DNA from: Candidatus Woesebacteria bacterium
Lineage (GTDB): Bacteria > Patescibacteriota > Microgenomatia > UBA8517
Direction: 5' to 3'
Length of the DNA: 64,000 bases
NCBI GenBank assembly: GCA_013374855.1
Contig: CP055308.1
Span: 16,358-80,357, forward strand
Shown here: positions 45,045-53,756 of the stretch, in pieces
How positions within the stretch are numbered: the stretch's first letter is position 1
How the letters are laid out: the number at the start of each line of letters is the position of its first letter
Position numbers and translations under genes: made by a program
Notes under the pieces: model-generated
Databases searched by the model: none
Told to the model about the DNA's origin: nothing
The model's input: the letters and a program-made list of their open reading frames with translations, nothing else

Positions 45045-45908
45045 CTAATAGCTAGCCGATAAAACAATATCATATTGAAAATCCGGATTATTAATTACTT
45101 CATTGATATCAAAACTACTCAAAAACTTAACAAATACTAGTTTGTCCCTATAATAATTTTCCAAAGAAGATACAGACACGGGCACACTTAGATTACAATT
45201 AGGATTCATAAAGCTATCAAGACCATCTAAGTTTACACAGGAATAATCATAAATAATAATATTCCTAAGTGATCTACAATAATTATAACCTACCTTTCCA
45301 TTCAAGATGTATGAATATGAAATTCCTGGAATTTCATTATATAACTCCGGTAATCCTAAATCACCACTATTATTAAGACTAGGCAAGATGGAAGAAGAAC
45401 TAATGTCATACCTAAAAGAATAAGTCTTACCATCTTTAGAAAGTAATTCCATAACAACATACTGCTTGTCAAAACCATCTTCCTTCACATTGAATTCTCT
45501 TCCACCCTTATACTTACCAATAAAGCCATAAGTAAAATTTCCTGCATAGTTTTTACCCCTTATTAAATAAGGGTGAGATGGATAAGGGCAAAAGAAATCT
45601 CTACTTAAATCGAATTTGTTCGATGATACAAAACCAGTTAAAAAAGTATAGGCAAAACTCATATATTTGTTTTGAATTAAATAACTAAAAAAGCCTATCT
45701 TCTTAATATCTTTTAGCATATAGGTCCTTGATATTAATAACCAGCTAATAAAACACAAAATAACAGAAAATAAAGCATAAATAAAAAAAATTAGAATAGC
45801 CCTAAACAAAAAGAAGCTTACCCAATAAATAAACTTATTATTATCGAAAGACAAGGATTTAAATTCAAAAGAAAAAGCATTCCCACTTTTCGCTTCGCTT
45901 TTAGGCAT
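45045..45908 (-). CDS. hypothetical membrane protein (287 aa), first gene of the giant-protein operon
   Basis: Two N-terminal TM helices; rest unassigned. Confidence 0.5.
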   Translation of the reverse strand: MPKSEAKSGNAFSFEFKSLSFDNNKFIYWVSFFLFRAILIFFIYALFSVILCFISWLLISRTYMLKDIKKIGFFSYLIQNKYMSFAYTFLTGFVSSNKFDLSRDFFCPYPSHPYLIRGKNYAGNFTYGFIGKYKGGREFNVKEDGFDKQYVVMELLSKDGKTYSFRYDISSSSILPSLNNSGDLGLPELYNEIPGISYSYILNGKVGYNYCRSLRNIIIYDYSCVNLDGLDSFMNPNCNLSVPVSVSSLENYYRDKLVFVKFLSSFDINEVINNPDFQYDIVLSASY

Positions 45909-46068
45909 TAATTCAATTTAGACAAACTAAAAACATTTGTCAAGAACCAAGAAATATTCTTTATTAGACTTCCAATCTCCTAAAAAATTCACCTGGTCAA
46001 AAAAATTTATTTCCCAACACAAAAATCAAATTTTTAGATAGAAAGAGTATTTATCCTCCCACGCAATA

Positions 46069-47358
46069 TTATGCCACTCTCTCTTTCAAAGCCTTGTAGT
46101 ACTTATGAAGGTAATCATATGCTAATTCCCAATGATGCTCTCCCATTCCTGCTAAAGCCTTGTTTCTTTCCATCTCAGCCATCACACGAAGATGAGCCGC
46201 TTTTTGAAACTGGAAAGAAGAGATACGATACTCTTCTGCCAACAAATTTTTAACCGTATCTTCCACCTCAACAGCCTTCACCGGGTCGGGGGTGCCATTT
46301 ATCTTTTGCCATTTATTAACCTGAAGCGAAGCGACAATATTGGGCTCAAAAGCAAGCTTTAAGTTAGAAGCCAAAAGGCAATAAAATTTTTCAAGCGAAA
46401 CTCTCGCCTCTTCCCACTTATGTTTATCGCCACTTACTAAGGCTTCTATAAAATGCCTCCCTGCCTGAACAGCAAGACTTTTTGATATACCATACTGCTC
46501 TTTAAGATAACTGATAACAAAATCGCGAAACCTTACTCCTTGTGGCACTTTGGAAAGCCTCCACCAAGAAAGCTCAAGTTTGGCAACCAACTCTGGTTTA
46601 AAGGTAAAATGCCTTTCAGCGTCATTTCCACCAAACCTCCTTCTGCGGCGAGAATAGTCAAGAATTGCTTCTTTTAGCTTTTCGGGGGTAAAGTCAGGAA
46701 GATGATCTTCTTCAAAATAATATTCCGCATAAACCATCTGCCAAGGGAGATATCCTGAAGTTCTCTGTTCTCCCGATGTTCTGATAAAAAGGTCCGGGTA
46801 GGGATAAGGCTGTCCCTTTGTATCCAAGTAAGATGCAAACAAGTTTTCATCTATTTTTTCAGGAGAAACTCCGTCTTTTACTATTGACTTCACTGCCCTT
46901 AATATCTCATCTCTGCCACCATAATCAAGAGCCAAATTAAGAATATTTTTATCAAAATGAGCAGTTTCTTTTTCTACTCTAGCCAACAATTCAGCAACAT
47001 CTTTTGGAAATCTGTCCTTGCGACCAAGATGAACAAGGCGAACTTTATCCCTTTTAGCTTCTTTCAAAAACTCAACTAATCCCTTTCGCAAAAGATCCAA
47101 AATAGCATCTATTTCCTCCTTCGGACGAGACCAATTTTCAGTTGAAAAAGCCCAAATGGTAAATGTGTGAACTCCCATTTGTCGTGCGGCTTTGGCAACT
47201 TTCTTAATTGCCTCATACCCTGCCCTGTGGCCTTCCCAAGGGAGAAGTCCGCGGCTTCGCGCCCAGCGGCGGTTGCCGTCTAATATCATTGCAATATGAT
47301 CCGGAACTTTTGTCCCTTTGGGAAGTTCTAAATTTTTATCGCTTTTCATTAAATTCAT
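46069..47358 (-). CDS. uppS: undecaprenyl-diphosphate synthase (cis-prenyltransferase) with about 190-aa C-terminal extension of unknown function, paralog 1
   Basis: UppS core HIAMILDGNRRWA…FTIWAFSTENWSRP…RTSGEQRTSGYLPWQ; the residues after …RRRRRFGG have no counterpart in canonical UppS. Confidence 0.8.
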   Translation of the reverse strand: MNLMKSDKNLELPKGTKVPDHIAMILDGNRRWARSRGLLPWEGHRAGYEAIKKVAKAARQMGVHTFTIWAFSTENWSRPKEEIDAILDLLRKGLVEFLKEAKRDKVRLVHLGRKDRFPKDVAELLARVEKETAHFDKNILNLALDYGGRDEILRAVKSIVKDGVSPEKIDENLFASYLDTKGQPYPYPDLFIRTSGEQRTSGYLPWQMVYAEYYFEEDHLPDFTPEKLKEAILDYSRRRRRFGGNDAERHFTFKPELVAKLELSWWRLSKVPQGVRFRDFVISYLKEQYGISKSLAVQAGRHFIEALVSGDKHKWEEARVSLEKFYCLLASNLKLAFEPNIVASLQVNKWQKINGTPDPVKAVEVEDTVKNLLAEEYRISSFQFQKAAHLRVMAEMERNKALAGMGEHHWELAYDYLHKYYKALKERVA

Positions 47359-47413
47359 AAAAGGCTATCCCAAAATTATATCAGACCAAAACAAAAATAA
47401 AAATAGAATATAC

Positions 47414-47438
47414 CCTTTAAAGGCCTGGCCTTTAAAGG
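47414..47438. promoter_or_regulatory. 25-bp palindrome CCTTTAAAGGCC-T-GGCCTTTAAAGG between uppS1 (5') and the 370-aa gene (3')
   Basis: Read directly; related to the GGCCTTTAA(TA)AAGGCC palindromes inside repeat copies A (33900-33926) and B (49284-49315). Confidence 0.5.
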
Positions 47439-47510
47439 TTTAGTCCAATGTCAAGCTATCTGGCACTAGCAAAACAACAACTTTAAACAACAAAATATTT
47501 TTTCCCTGAA

Positions 47511-48623
47511 TTACCCCTGCATTTTCTGTTTGTCGCCCGGAGAAGGAATATGGGGAATTAAATTTTCGGAGAAATAACTTAAAGATTCATTCCATTTCTG
47601 ACTCCAGCTATTCCTATCTTCACCATCCAATAAAGGAGCAACCTCTTCCACAAAAGAAGTTAAGTTTAGGAAAAATGCCCCCAATTCTGGCAAGTTCATA
47701 ATTCTTGTTCTATCAATTCCTGAAGACAGCTCTCTGGCAAAATTATCTACATCAGATTTCATAAACATCTCAATAACTTGACGATAGGTCATTTTTGCTC
47801 TTCTACATAAGTCTTCAAAAATAAATCTCCCAGCGCTACCGGCAGAAGACGGAAAAACAATAGAATCTACATCACGAATTTCGTTATCAAGCACCCACTC
47901 TGTAAAAGTAGAATTAATTATTCTATTCATTCCCCCAAAACTACTGTCATTATCTCGATCTAGGGTATAGACACCAAAACCGTATGCAAACAAAACTTCC
48001 GGCCTGTACCCAAAAAGTTTTTCTAAAATTTCATTTTGAAAAAGATGGTTTTCCTGTTCTCCTTTTGAAATTTTAACCTCTCCCGGCAGAGAAAAAGATA
48101 AACTAGCGGCATCTCGAAGAGTAATATGTTCTCCACAAATATAATATTTCATTCCATACCCTCCAGTGGACAATTCATTAAAAGACATTATTGAAACAGG
48201 ATCCTTCCAACCCTGTTCTTTTAAAAGATCGTAAATATCCCGATGATTTGCCGGCAAATTATCGGGATTAGATAAAAGTTCCACTCCCAACGACAGGCCT
48301 TTTTCTTTATAGAACAGAAGCTTATCTTTATTATTTTCCCCCAAAAGACGGTACATTTCATTATTAACCATACCTTCTCTTTTTAAGACCTCAGGCAGAT
48401 AAACAAATATACCCATATAGGCAGGGTCATTGTTTTTGTCTTCTATCTTACTTTGAAAAAGGCGAAAATCGGTTTCAAGAAGCAAATTATCATGTTGTCC
48501 CTCTCTCGCTTGGAATAATTTAGACAATCCGAATGCCGCTGCTGCTCCTGCCGCACCTCCATAAGCAATTAATTTTAGCGCTTCACGCCTGCTAATTTCA
48601 GTATTGCTCTCAGTATTACTCAT
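47511..48623 (-). CDS. Tat-signal secreted hypothetical protein (370 aa)
   Basis: SRREALKLIAYGGAAGAAAAFG twin-arginine signal; rest unassigned. Confidence 0.5.
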   Translation of the reverse strand: MSNTESNTEISRREALKLIAYGGAAGAAAAFGLSKLFQAREGQHDNLLLETDFRLFQSKIEDKNNDPAYMGIFVYLPEVLKREGMVNNEMYRLLGENNKDKLLFYKEKGLSLGVELLSNPDNLPANHRDIYDLLKEQGWKDPVSIMSFNELSTGGYGMKYYICGEHITLRDAASLSFSLPGEVKISKGEQENHLFQNEILEKLFGYRPEVLFAYGFGVYTLDRDNDSSFGGMNRIINSTFTEWVLDNEIRDVDSIVFPSSAGSAGRFIFEDLCRRAKMTYRQVIEMFMKSDVDNFARELSSGIDRTRIMNLPELGAFFLNLTSFVEEVAPLLDGEDRNSWSQKWNESLSYFSENLIPHIPSPGDKQKMQG

Positions 48624-48855
48624 ATAATCTCTTTTTAAAAATTCTTTTTAAGCCACGAGTCGACCCTAGAAAAACCACTTTTGCTCCATCTTTTCCGGCA
48701 TCCTTAAAGAGTATAACCTCCCCTAGAAGGTGCTCACTATCTGGTCTATTTCTAATAACTACAAATTCTTCCCCCTTAAAAAAGACCCTATCACCATTCG
48801 CTATTGGGTCATCTAGATCATCTAATCTTGGATGACTTTTATTTTCTCTTTCCAT
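48616..48855 (-). CDS. hypothetical small protein (79 aa)
   Basis: ORF overlapping the start of the 370-aa gene by 8 nt. Confidence 0.35.
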   Translation of the reverse strand: MERENKSHPRLDDLDDPIANGDRVFFKGEEFVVIRNRPDSEHLLGEVILFKDAGKDGAKVVFLGSTRGLKRIFKKRLYE

Positions 48856-48889
48856 AATCCAGAATAAGAAAAAGCTAATATAGATATTA

Positions 48890-49440
48890 TAGGATAAAAA
48901 GAAGGATTGTCAATACCGGAAAATGAGGCTGAGCTAGGTTGGGACAGGTTGGGAGGTTGGAACAGCGTCGGACACTGCCATATAAGGGCAGGAGAGTAGA
49001 AGAGTGGAAGTTATTAGTTATTTCTGCTTGCCCTTCCGTAGCCTTGGCGAAGGAGGGTGATTTGTAATTTGGAATTTGTGTATCGTTTGTAATTTGTAAT
49101 TTGATTGGTTCTTTGAATTTGTGATTTGGAATTTTTCTTCTTTGTTCTATGTTGTATAGAAGAGCGGGAGAGTAGAAGTTAATTCAAATGGTCAAGGGTC
49201 AATGGTCAATGGTTAATGGTCAATAGTTAATTGTTAATTGTTATTTGTTATTTTTGCTTTGTAATTTGTAATTTGATTCTATAAAGGTCTCGCCTTTATT
49301 AAAGGCCAGACCTTATTAGGAGATCTGTTCAAGGTTGCGTGTTCTATCCGTTAATTGTTAAATGTTAATAGTTAATTGTTCGCGGGGAGCGTTGTTGTTA
49401 GTTGGCAGTTGTTAGTTGGCAGTTTGCAGTAAGCGCGCCT
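48890..49440. repeat. mosaic short-tandem-repeat element, copy B (inverted relative to A)
   Basis: The reverse complement of 49130-49440 aligns with 33790-34190 (…aacgctccccgcgaacaattaac…ggtctggcctttaataaaggc…aaattacaaattacaa…cattgaccattaacc…cttctactctcccgctcttctatacaacatagaacaaagaa…). Confidence 0.8.
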
Positions 49441-50737
49441 ACGCTATTCTTTCTTTGAGGGCTCTGTAGTACTTTTCTAAATAGTCAAAAGCAAGCTGCC
49501 AATGACGCTCCCCCATCCCCGCCAAGGCTTTATTGCGCTCCATCTCCGCCAATACCCGAAGATGAGCTGCTTTTTGAAACTGAAAAGAAGAAATGCGATA
49601 TTCTTCAGCCAAAAGATTTTTAACCGTCTCTTCCGCCTCAACCGCATTTACAGGATCGGGGGCACCGTTTATCTTCCGCCATTTGTTAACCTGAAGCGAG
49701 GCAACAATATCAGGCTCAAAAGCAAGTTTCAAATTAGAAGCCAAAAGCCGATAAAACTTTTTAAGCGAAGTCTTTGCTTCTTCCCACTCGTGCCTGTCCC
49801 CGCTTATTAAGGCCTCTACAAAATGCTTTCCAACCTGCTTTGCAAGCTGTTTTGATATGCCATACTGCTCTTTAAGATAGCTGATCACAAAATCGCGAAA
49901 TCTTACTCCCTGCGGCACTTTGGAAAGCCTCCACCAAGAAAGCTCAAGTCTGGCAACAACCTCCGGCTTGAAAGTAAAATGACGCTCAACATCATTTCCA
50001 CCAAATCTGCGACGGCGGCGAGAGTAATCAAGAATTGCTTCTTTTAATTTTTCAGGAGTAAAATCTGGAAGATGCTCTTCTTCAAAATAGTACTCTGCAT
50101 AAGCGATTTGCCAAGGAAGATATCCAGAGGTTCGTTGTTCTCCTGATGTTCTGATAAAAAGATCCGGATATGGATAAGGCTGGCCTTTAGTATCCAGATA
50201 AGAAGCAAACAGATTTTCATCTATTTTTTCAGGAGGAATTTTATCGGCAACTATTGCTTTTACCGCTCTTAATATTTCATCTCTGCCACCATAATCAAGA
50301 GCCAAATTAAGAATATTCTTATTAAAGTGAGCAGTCTCTTTTTCCACTCTAGTCAGAAGTTCAGAAACATCTTTTGGAAATCTATCTTTGCGTCCAAGAT
50401 GAACAAGGCGTACTTTATCTTCTTTAGCTTCTTTCAAAAACTCAACTAATCCCTTTCGCAAAAGATCCAAGATTGCATCTATCTCCTCCTTAGGACGGGA
50501 CCAGTTTTCAGTTGAAAAAGCCCAAATGGTAAATGTGTGAACTCCCATTTTACGCGCAGCTTTGGCTACTTTCTTAATAGCCTCATATCCTGCCCTATGT
50601 CCTTCCCAAGGAGGAAGACCACGACTTCTCGCCCAACGACGGTTGCCATCTAAAATCATTGCTATGTGATCTGGAATTTTTGTTCCCTTTGGAAGCTTTA
50701 GACCTTCTTTAATTTTCATCTTAAAAATACTGCTCAA
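49439..50737 (-). CDS. uppS: undecaprenyl-diphosphate synthase with C-terminal extension, paralog 2 (about 85% nt identity to 46069-47358)
   Basis: 432 aa, same architecture as paralog 1; co-directional with the polyprenyl synthase upstream. Confidence 0.8.
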   Translation of the reverse strand: MSSIFKMKIKEGLKLPKGTKIPDHIAMILDGNRRWARSRGLPPWEGHRAGYEAIKKVAKAARKMGVHTFTIWAFSTENWSRPKEEIDAILDLLRKGLVEFLKEAKEDKVRLVHLGRKDRFPKDVSELLTRVEKETAHFNKNILNLALDYGGRDEILRAVKAIVADKIPPEKIDENLFASYLDTKGQPYPYPDLFIRTSGEQRTSGYLPWQIAYAEYYFEEEHLPDFTPEKLKEAILDYSRRRRRFGGNDVERHFTFKPEVVARLELSWWRLSKVPQGVRFRDFVISYLKEQYGISKQLAKQVGKHFVEALISGDRHEWEEAKTSLKKFYRLLASNLKLAFEPDIVASLQVNKWRKINGAPDPVNAVEAEETVKNLLAEEYRISSFQFQKAAHLRVLAEMERNKALAGMGERHWQLAFDYLEKYYRALKERIA

Positions 50738-50814
50738 AAATTATAACAGACAAAAACAAAAAACAAAATCCATATTTGAATTAACTTAATAAAGCATAAA
50801 AAAATGCCAGCTAA

Positions 50815-51879
50815 TTAATAGTTTCGGTTAGTAATAAAATCAATTATTGTTAAAATCTGCATGCGGTATGGGTTTTTGGAAAGAAATCCAAGCTCACTTT
50901 CAAAATACTCCGTCGCTTTATCTTTCCATTCCAAGGCAAGCTTACGAGCATAATCAATCGAACCATATTCCTTCATTTTCTCAACAACCCACAAAACCTC
51001 ATCTTTTGTCTTTTCTTCACGCGTTTTTTCAAGAACACTTTTCAGTTTTTTCCTATCTACCTGATTTGCTTTTTCAAAAAGATGAGCAAGCAAAACAGTG
51101 ATTTTACCCTCATAAATGTCCCCGGCAAATTCTTTTCTGCCACTAAAATCTCCTGTCACGTCCAAAACATCATCTGTCAATTGAAACGCACGCCCCAACA
51201 AAACTCCAAACTGGGCAAGTTTCTCAAGTTGAAAATCGTTTGCTCCAGCAACAATTGCCCCAAGCCTCATCGGACAGGCTATCGTATAATAGGACGTTTT
51301 TCCATCGGCAACAAAGTACCAGTCTGATACATTAAATCGCATTTTTTTATCTCTTGTCCATTTTATCTCAGTCATCTGTCCTAAGGTTGTCCTTGAAAGT
51401 TGAACATAAAACTCGTTAGCAAGTGCAAAAGTTTTCTTTTCCCCTAAAACTTCTCTTGAATCAAGAAGAACCTTCCACATAATATTATGGAGAGCATCGC
51501 CCGCGTTTACCGCCAACTCGTTCCCATAAATCCTGTGCAGAGCCGGCAGACCCCGTCTTTTTGGTGAATCATCCTCAACATCATCATGAATCAAAAGCCA
51601 ATCCTCTGATATTTGCATTGCACAAGCAGGTGGTAAAAGGTCACCAAGTTTTACCCCCATTGCCTGGCCAGTTAAACACAAAAGCGCAGGCCGCAGATAT
51701 TTTCCTTTTCTTTTTGGATAATCCGAAACCACCTGCCAGAAGAAATCCTCTTCTCTTTTGCATTTGCGCGGCACTTTAAATGGAGTAGGAAAATCAGGGG
51801 TTTGGAGATATTTTTCGATTCTTGGGAATATACGTTTTTGATAATATTGCAAAATTTTCTCTGGCGACTTTGGTTTCAT
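50815..51879 (-). CDS. trans-polyprenyl diphosphate synthase (FPP/GGPP synthase family)
   Basis: 354 aa; first Asp-rich motif LIHDDVEDD and second FQLTDDVLD. Confidence 0.85.
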   Translation of the reverse strand: MKPKSPEKILQYYQKRIFPRIEKYLQTPDFPTPFKVPRKCKREEDFFWQVVSDYPKRKGKYLRPALLCLTGQAMGVKLGDLLPPACAMQISEDWLLIHDDVEDDSPKRRGLPALHRIYGNELAVNAGDALHNIMWKVLLDSREVLGEKKTFALANEFYVQLSRTTLGQMTEIKWTRDKKMRFNVSDWYFVADGKTSYYTIACPMRLGAIVAGANDFQLEKLAQFGVLLGRAFQLTDDVLDVTGDFSGRKEFAGDIYEGKITVLLAHLFEKANQVDRKKLKSVLEKTREEKTKDEVLWVVEKMKEYGSIDYARKLALEWKDKATEYFESELGFLSKNPYRMQILTIIDFITNRNY

Positions 51880-51889
51880 TTAAAGTATT

Positions 51890-52150
51890 ATAACACCGCT
51901 TCACAAACTACCAACTTCCAACTGCCAACAGGCTACAAGGAATAAAGTTAGAATATAGAATAAAGAATGTAGAACAGAGATAAGTGGCATCAGGTAGAAA
52001 ACGAGTTGGTGAATAGTGATTTGTGATTTCTAACCTTTGTTGTTTGTCCTATTCTTGTTAACAGTTAATTGTTAAAAGTTAAAAGTTACTTGTAATTTGT
52101 CAGTCTGAGACTGATAAGATAAATTAGAGACAGAATTTGGTTCAAATATT
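51890..52150. repeat. mosaic short-tandem-repeat element, partial copy C (same orientation as A)
   Basis: Shares the motif families CCAACTTCCAACTGCCAAC, TAGAATATAGAAT…GAATGTAGAAC, TTAATTGTTAA, TGTAATTTG with copies A and B, but is rearranged and more degenerate. Confidence 0.55.
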
Positions 52151-52288
52151 CCTTTTTCTTCTTTTCTTCAAGGATTCTTGAAATTTCCCTTTTCTGCTTC
52201 TGTTTCTAAGGTGTACAAGACTACTCGCATTTTTTTAATTTTCAATTTTATCTTCCTCATCACAAAGGATAAAACCAAACTACAACTA

Positions 52289-52750
52289 TTAAAGTATAGT
52301 ATACCACTCTTCTTCCTTGTCAGCTCCTTGGAAACCTATATAAGACTCGCCAAATTCAGAGATAGGAATTCCTATCTTAGACCAATAATCCCCATCGCTA
52401 AACACAAGAAGTTGTGAATAGAAGTCCTTTTGCCTTAAACCTACGGCCAGAACATGCGTTCTGTACATATATTTTACATCTGTAACATAGTCAAAACTAA
52501 CACCACCTGCTAATAACTTTCTAAAAGGTTGATGAAGAGAGACACTTATCCAATTATTCTTGTTATATTTGTTTGGAGTTTCGAATAGAATTCTAGTAAA
52601 AATTCCATTCTTAAATTCTCTATAAAAACTGCAAGGATCTACTATTTGCGCGTTAGCTTCTTCTAAAACAGTAACTTCATTCTTCCAATCAGGACCTAAA
52701 ACACGACGAACTTTTTCTGGATAAAACAACTTATTGGATTTAATAGGCAT
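52289..52750 (-). CDS. hypothetical protein (153 aa)
   Basis: ORF only. Confidence 0.45.
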   Translation of the reverse strand: MPIKSNKLFYPEKVRRVLGPDWKNEVTVLEEANAQIVDPCSFYREFKNGIFTRILFETPNKYNKNNWISVSLHQPFRKLLAGGVSFDYVTDVKYMYRTHVLAVGLRQKDFYSQLLVFSDGDYWSKIGIPISEFGESYIGFQGADKEEEWYTIL

Positions 52751-52788
52751 ACATTTAAATTATACCAATTAAAATCTACACAATAAAA

Positions 52789-52859
52789 AAGATAAAGCTG
52801 GAGAATGATTCTCTATCGTGGTGGGGCACGAGTACTGGATAAACCAGCAGCTTTATCTT
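52789..52859. repeat. long hairpin (12-bp stem AAGATAAAGCTG with 3-nt bulge, about 40-nt loop) immediately downstream of the 92-aa ORF
   Basis: Left arm AAGATAAAGCTGG, right arm CCAGCAGCTTTATCTT; positional analogue of the 21653-21709 hairpin. Confidence 0.6.
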
Positions 52860-52896
52860 AAACTCCCACTATTTAGTTGTTGAACCAGTAGAAGAG

Positions 52897-53175
52897 CTAC
52901 TTTTCCTGTTTACCAGTGTTGAAATTGTAGCGCTCAACTGGTCTACCATTGGGGTCGTACCTTGAAATAGTCAATCCCTCTGGATGTCGGTGGAGATGGG
53001 TTTCCCAACCAGTTTCTAAATCCTTGATAACCTTAACCACCTCTCCTGGACGCGGCCCATTTGACAGGTAACTTTCAACTAGGTCTTTATACTGGCTGAA
53101 ACCGTAACGATTGCTCCACCCATTAGGCACCTGCCCCTTATCCTTATCACCCATTTCGCACACTCCTCTAGCCAA
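52897..53175 (-). CDS. small protein (92 aa) with YD/RHS-core-end-like motif
   Basis: …HPEGLTISRYDPNGRPVERYNF resembles the DPxGL…RYYDPxxGRF signature that closes RHS/YD-repeat cores; SD AGGAGTG upstream; preceded by the 300-nt repeat leader. Confidence 0.5.
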   Translation of the reverse strand: MARGVCEMGDKDKGQVPNGWSNRYGFSQYKDLVESYLSNGPRPGEVVKVIKDLETGWETHLHRHPEGLTISRYDPNGRPVERYNFNTGKQEK

Positions 53176-53179
53176 AAAA

Positions 53180-53454
53180 GTCGGCTGACTACTAAAGTGA
53201 TACGGATTGGTTTTGCTTGGAAAACAAGGTTTCTCTTCTTTGGGGTTTTTCTTTTCTCTCAGTGACCTTTTTTTAATTTTGGCTAGTATTCCTCCCGCTT
53301 TTGGGAGTCAGCCCACAAGAATAGTGGTTTGAAGAGAAAGATTACCCTCTTGAAGAAGAAAACACTTGCACCAAGCCTGTCAAGGTACAAGCAGCTTTTG
53401 CCTGCTTTGGAAGCAATGATATCAGAAGACAGAAGAAGAAGTCAAGACTCTGCC
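53180..53454. repeat. copy 2 of the about 300-bp repeated element
   Basis: See the paired feature at 21960-22295. Confidence 0.8.
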
Positions 53455-53679
53455 CTACTCTTGTGAAGGCTGGATGCCAAGAAGCCAAAGAACAGCTTCT
53501 TTCTTATAGCGACGGTCACCGCGAGAGTTGATTCTTATTGGAACGAGTTTTCCTCTTTTGCCCCATCTTTTAATTGTAAGAGGAGAAACGCGCAACAAAT
53601 CTGCTACCTCTCGAACGGTAAGTAAATCAGGCAAATCCTCAAGCCTTATTTTCTTTCTTTTCCTTTTAACCTCATCCAT
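53455..53679 (-). CDS. excisionase/MerR-type helix-turn-helix DNA-binding protein (74 aa)
   Basis: LTVREVADLLRVSPLTIKRWGKRGKLVPIRI is the HTH_17/excisionase-family signature; basic N-terminus. Confidence 0.65.
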   Translation of the reverse strand: MDEVKRKRKKIRLEDLPDLLTVREVADLLRVSPLTIKRWGKRGKLVPIRINSRGDRRYKKEAVLWLLGIQPSQE

Positions 53680-53756
53680 TGATTTATTTTGTTATATTTA
53701 ATAATAATTAGATATTATGTCAAAGCTAAAATTAAACTTTAATCAATCACAAAATA

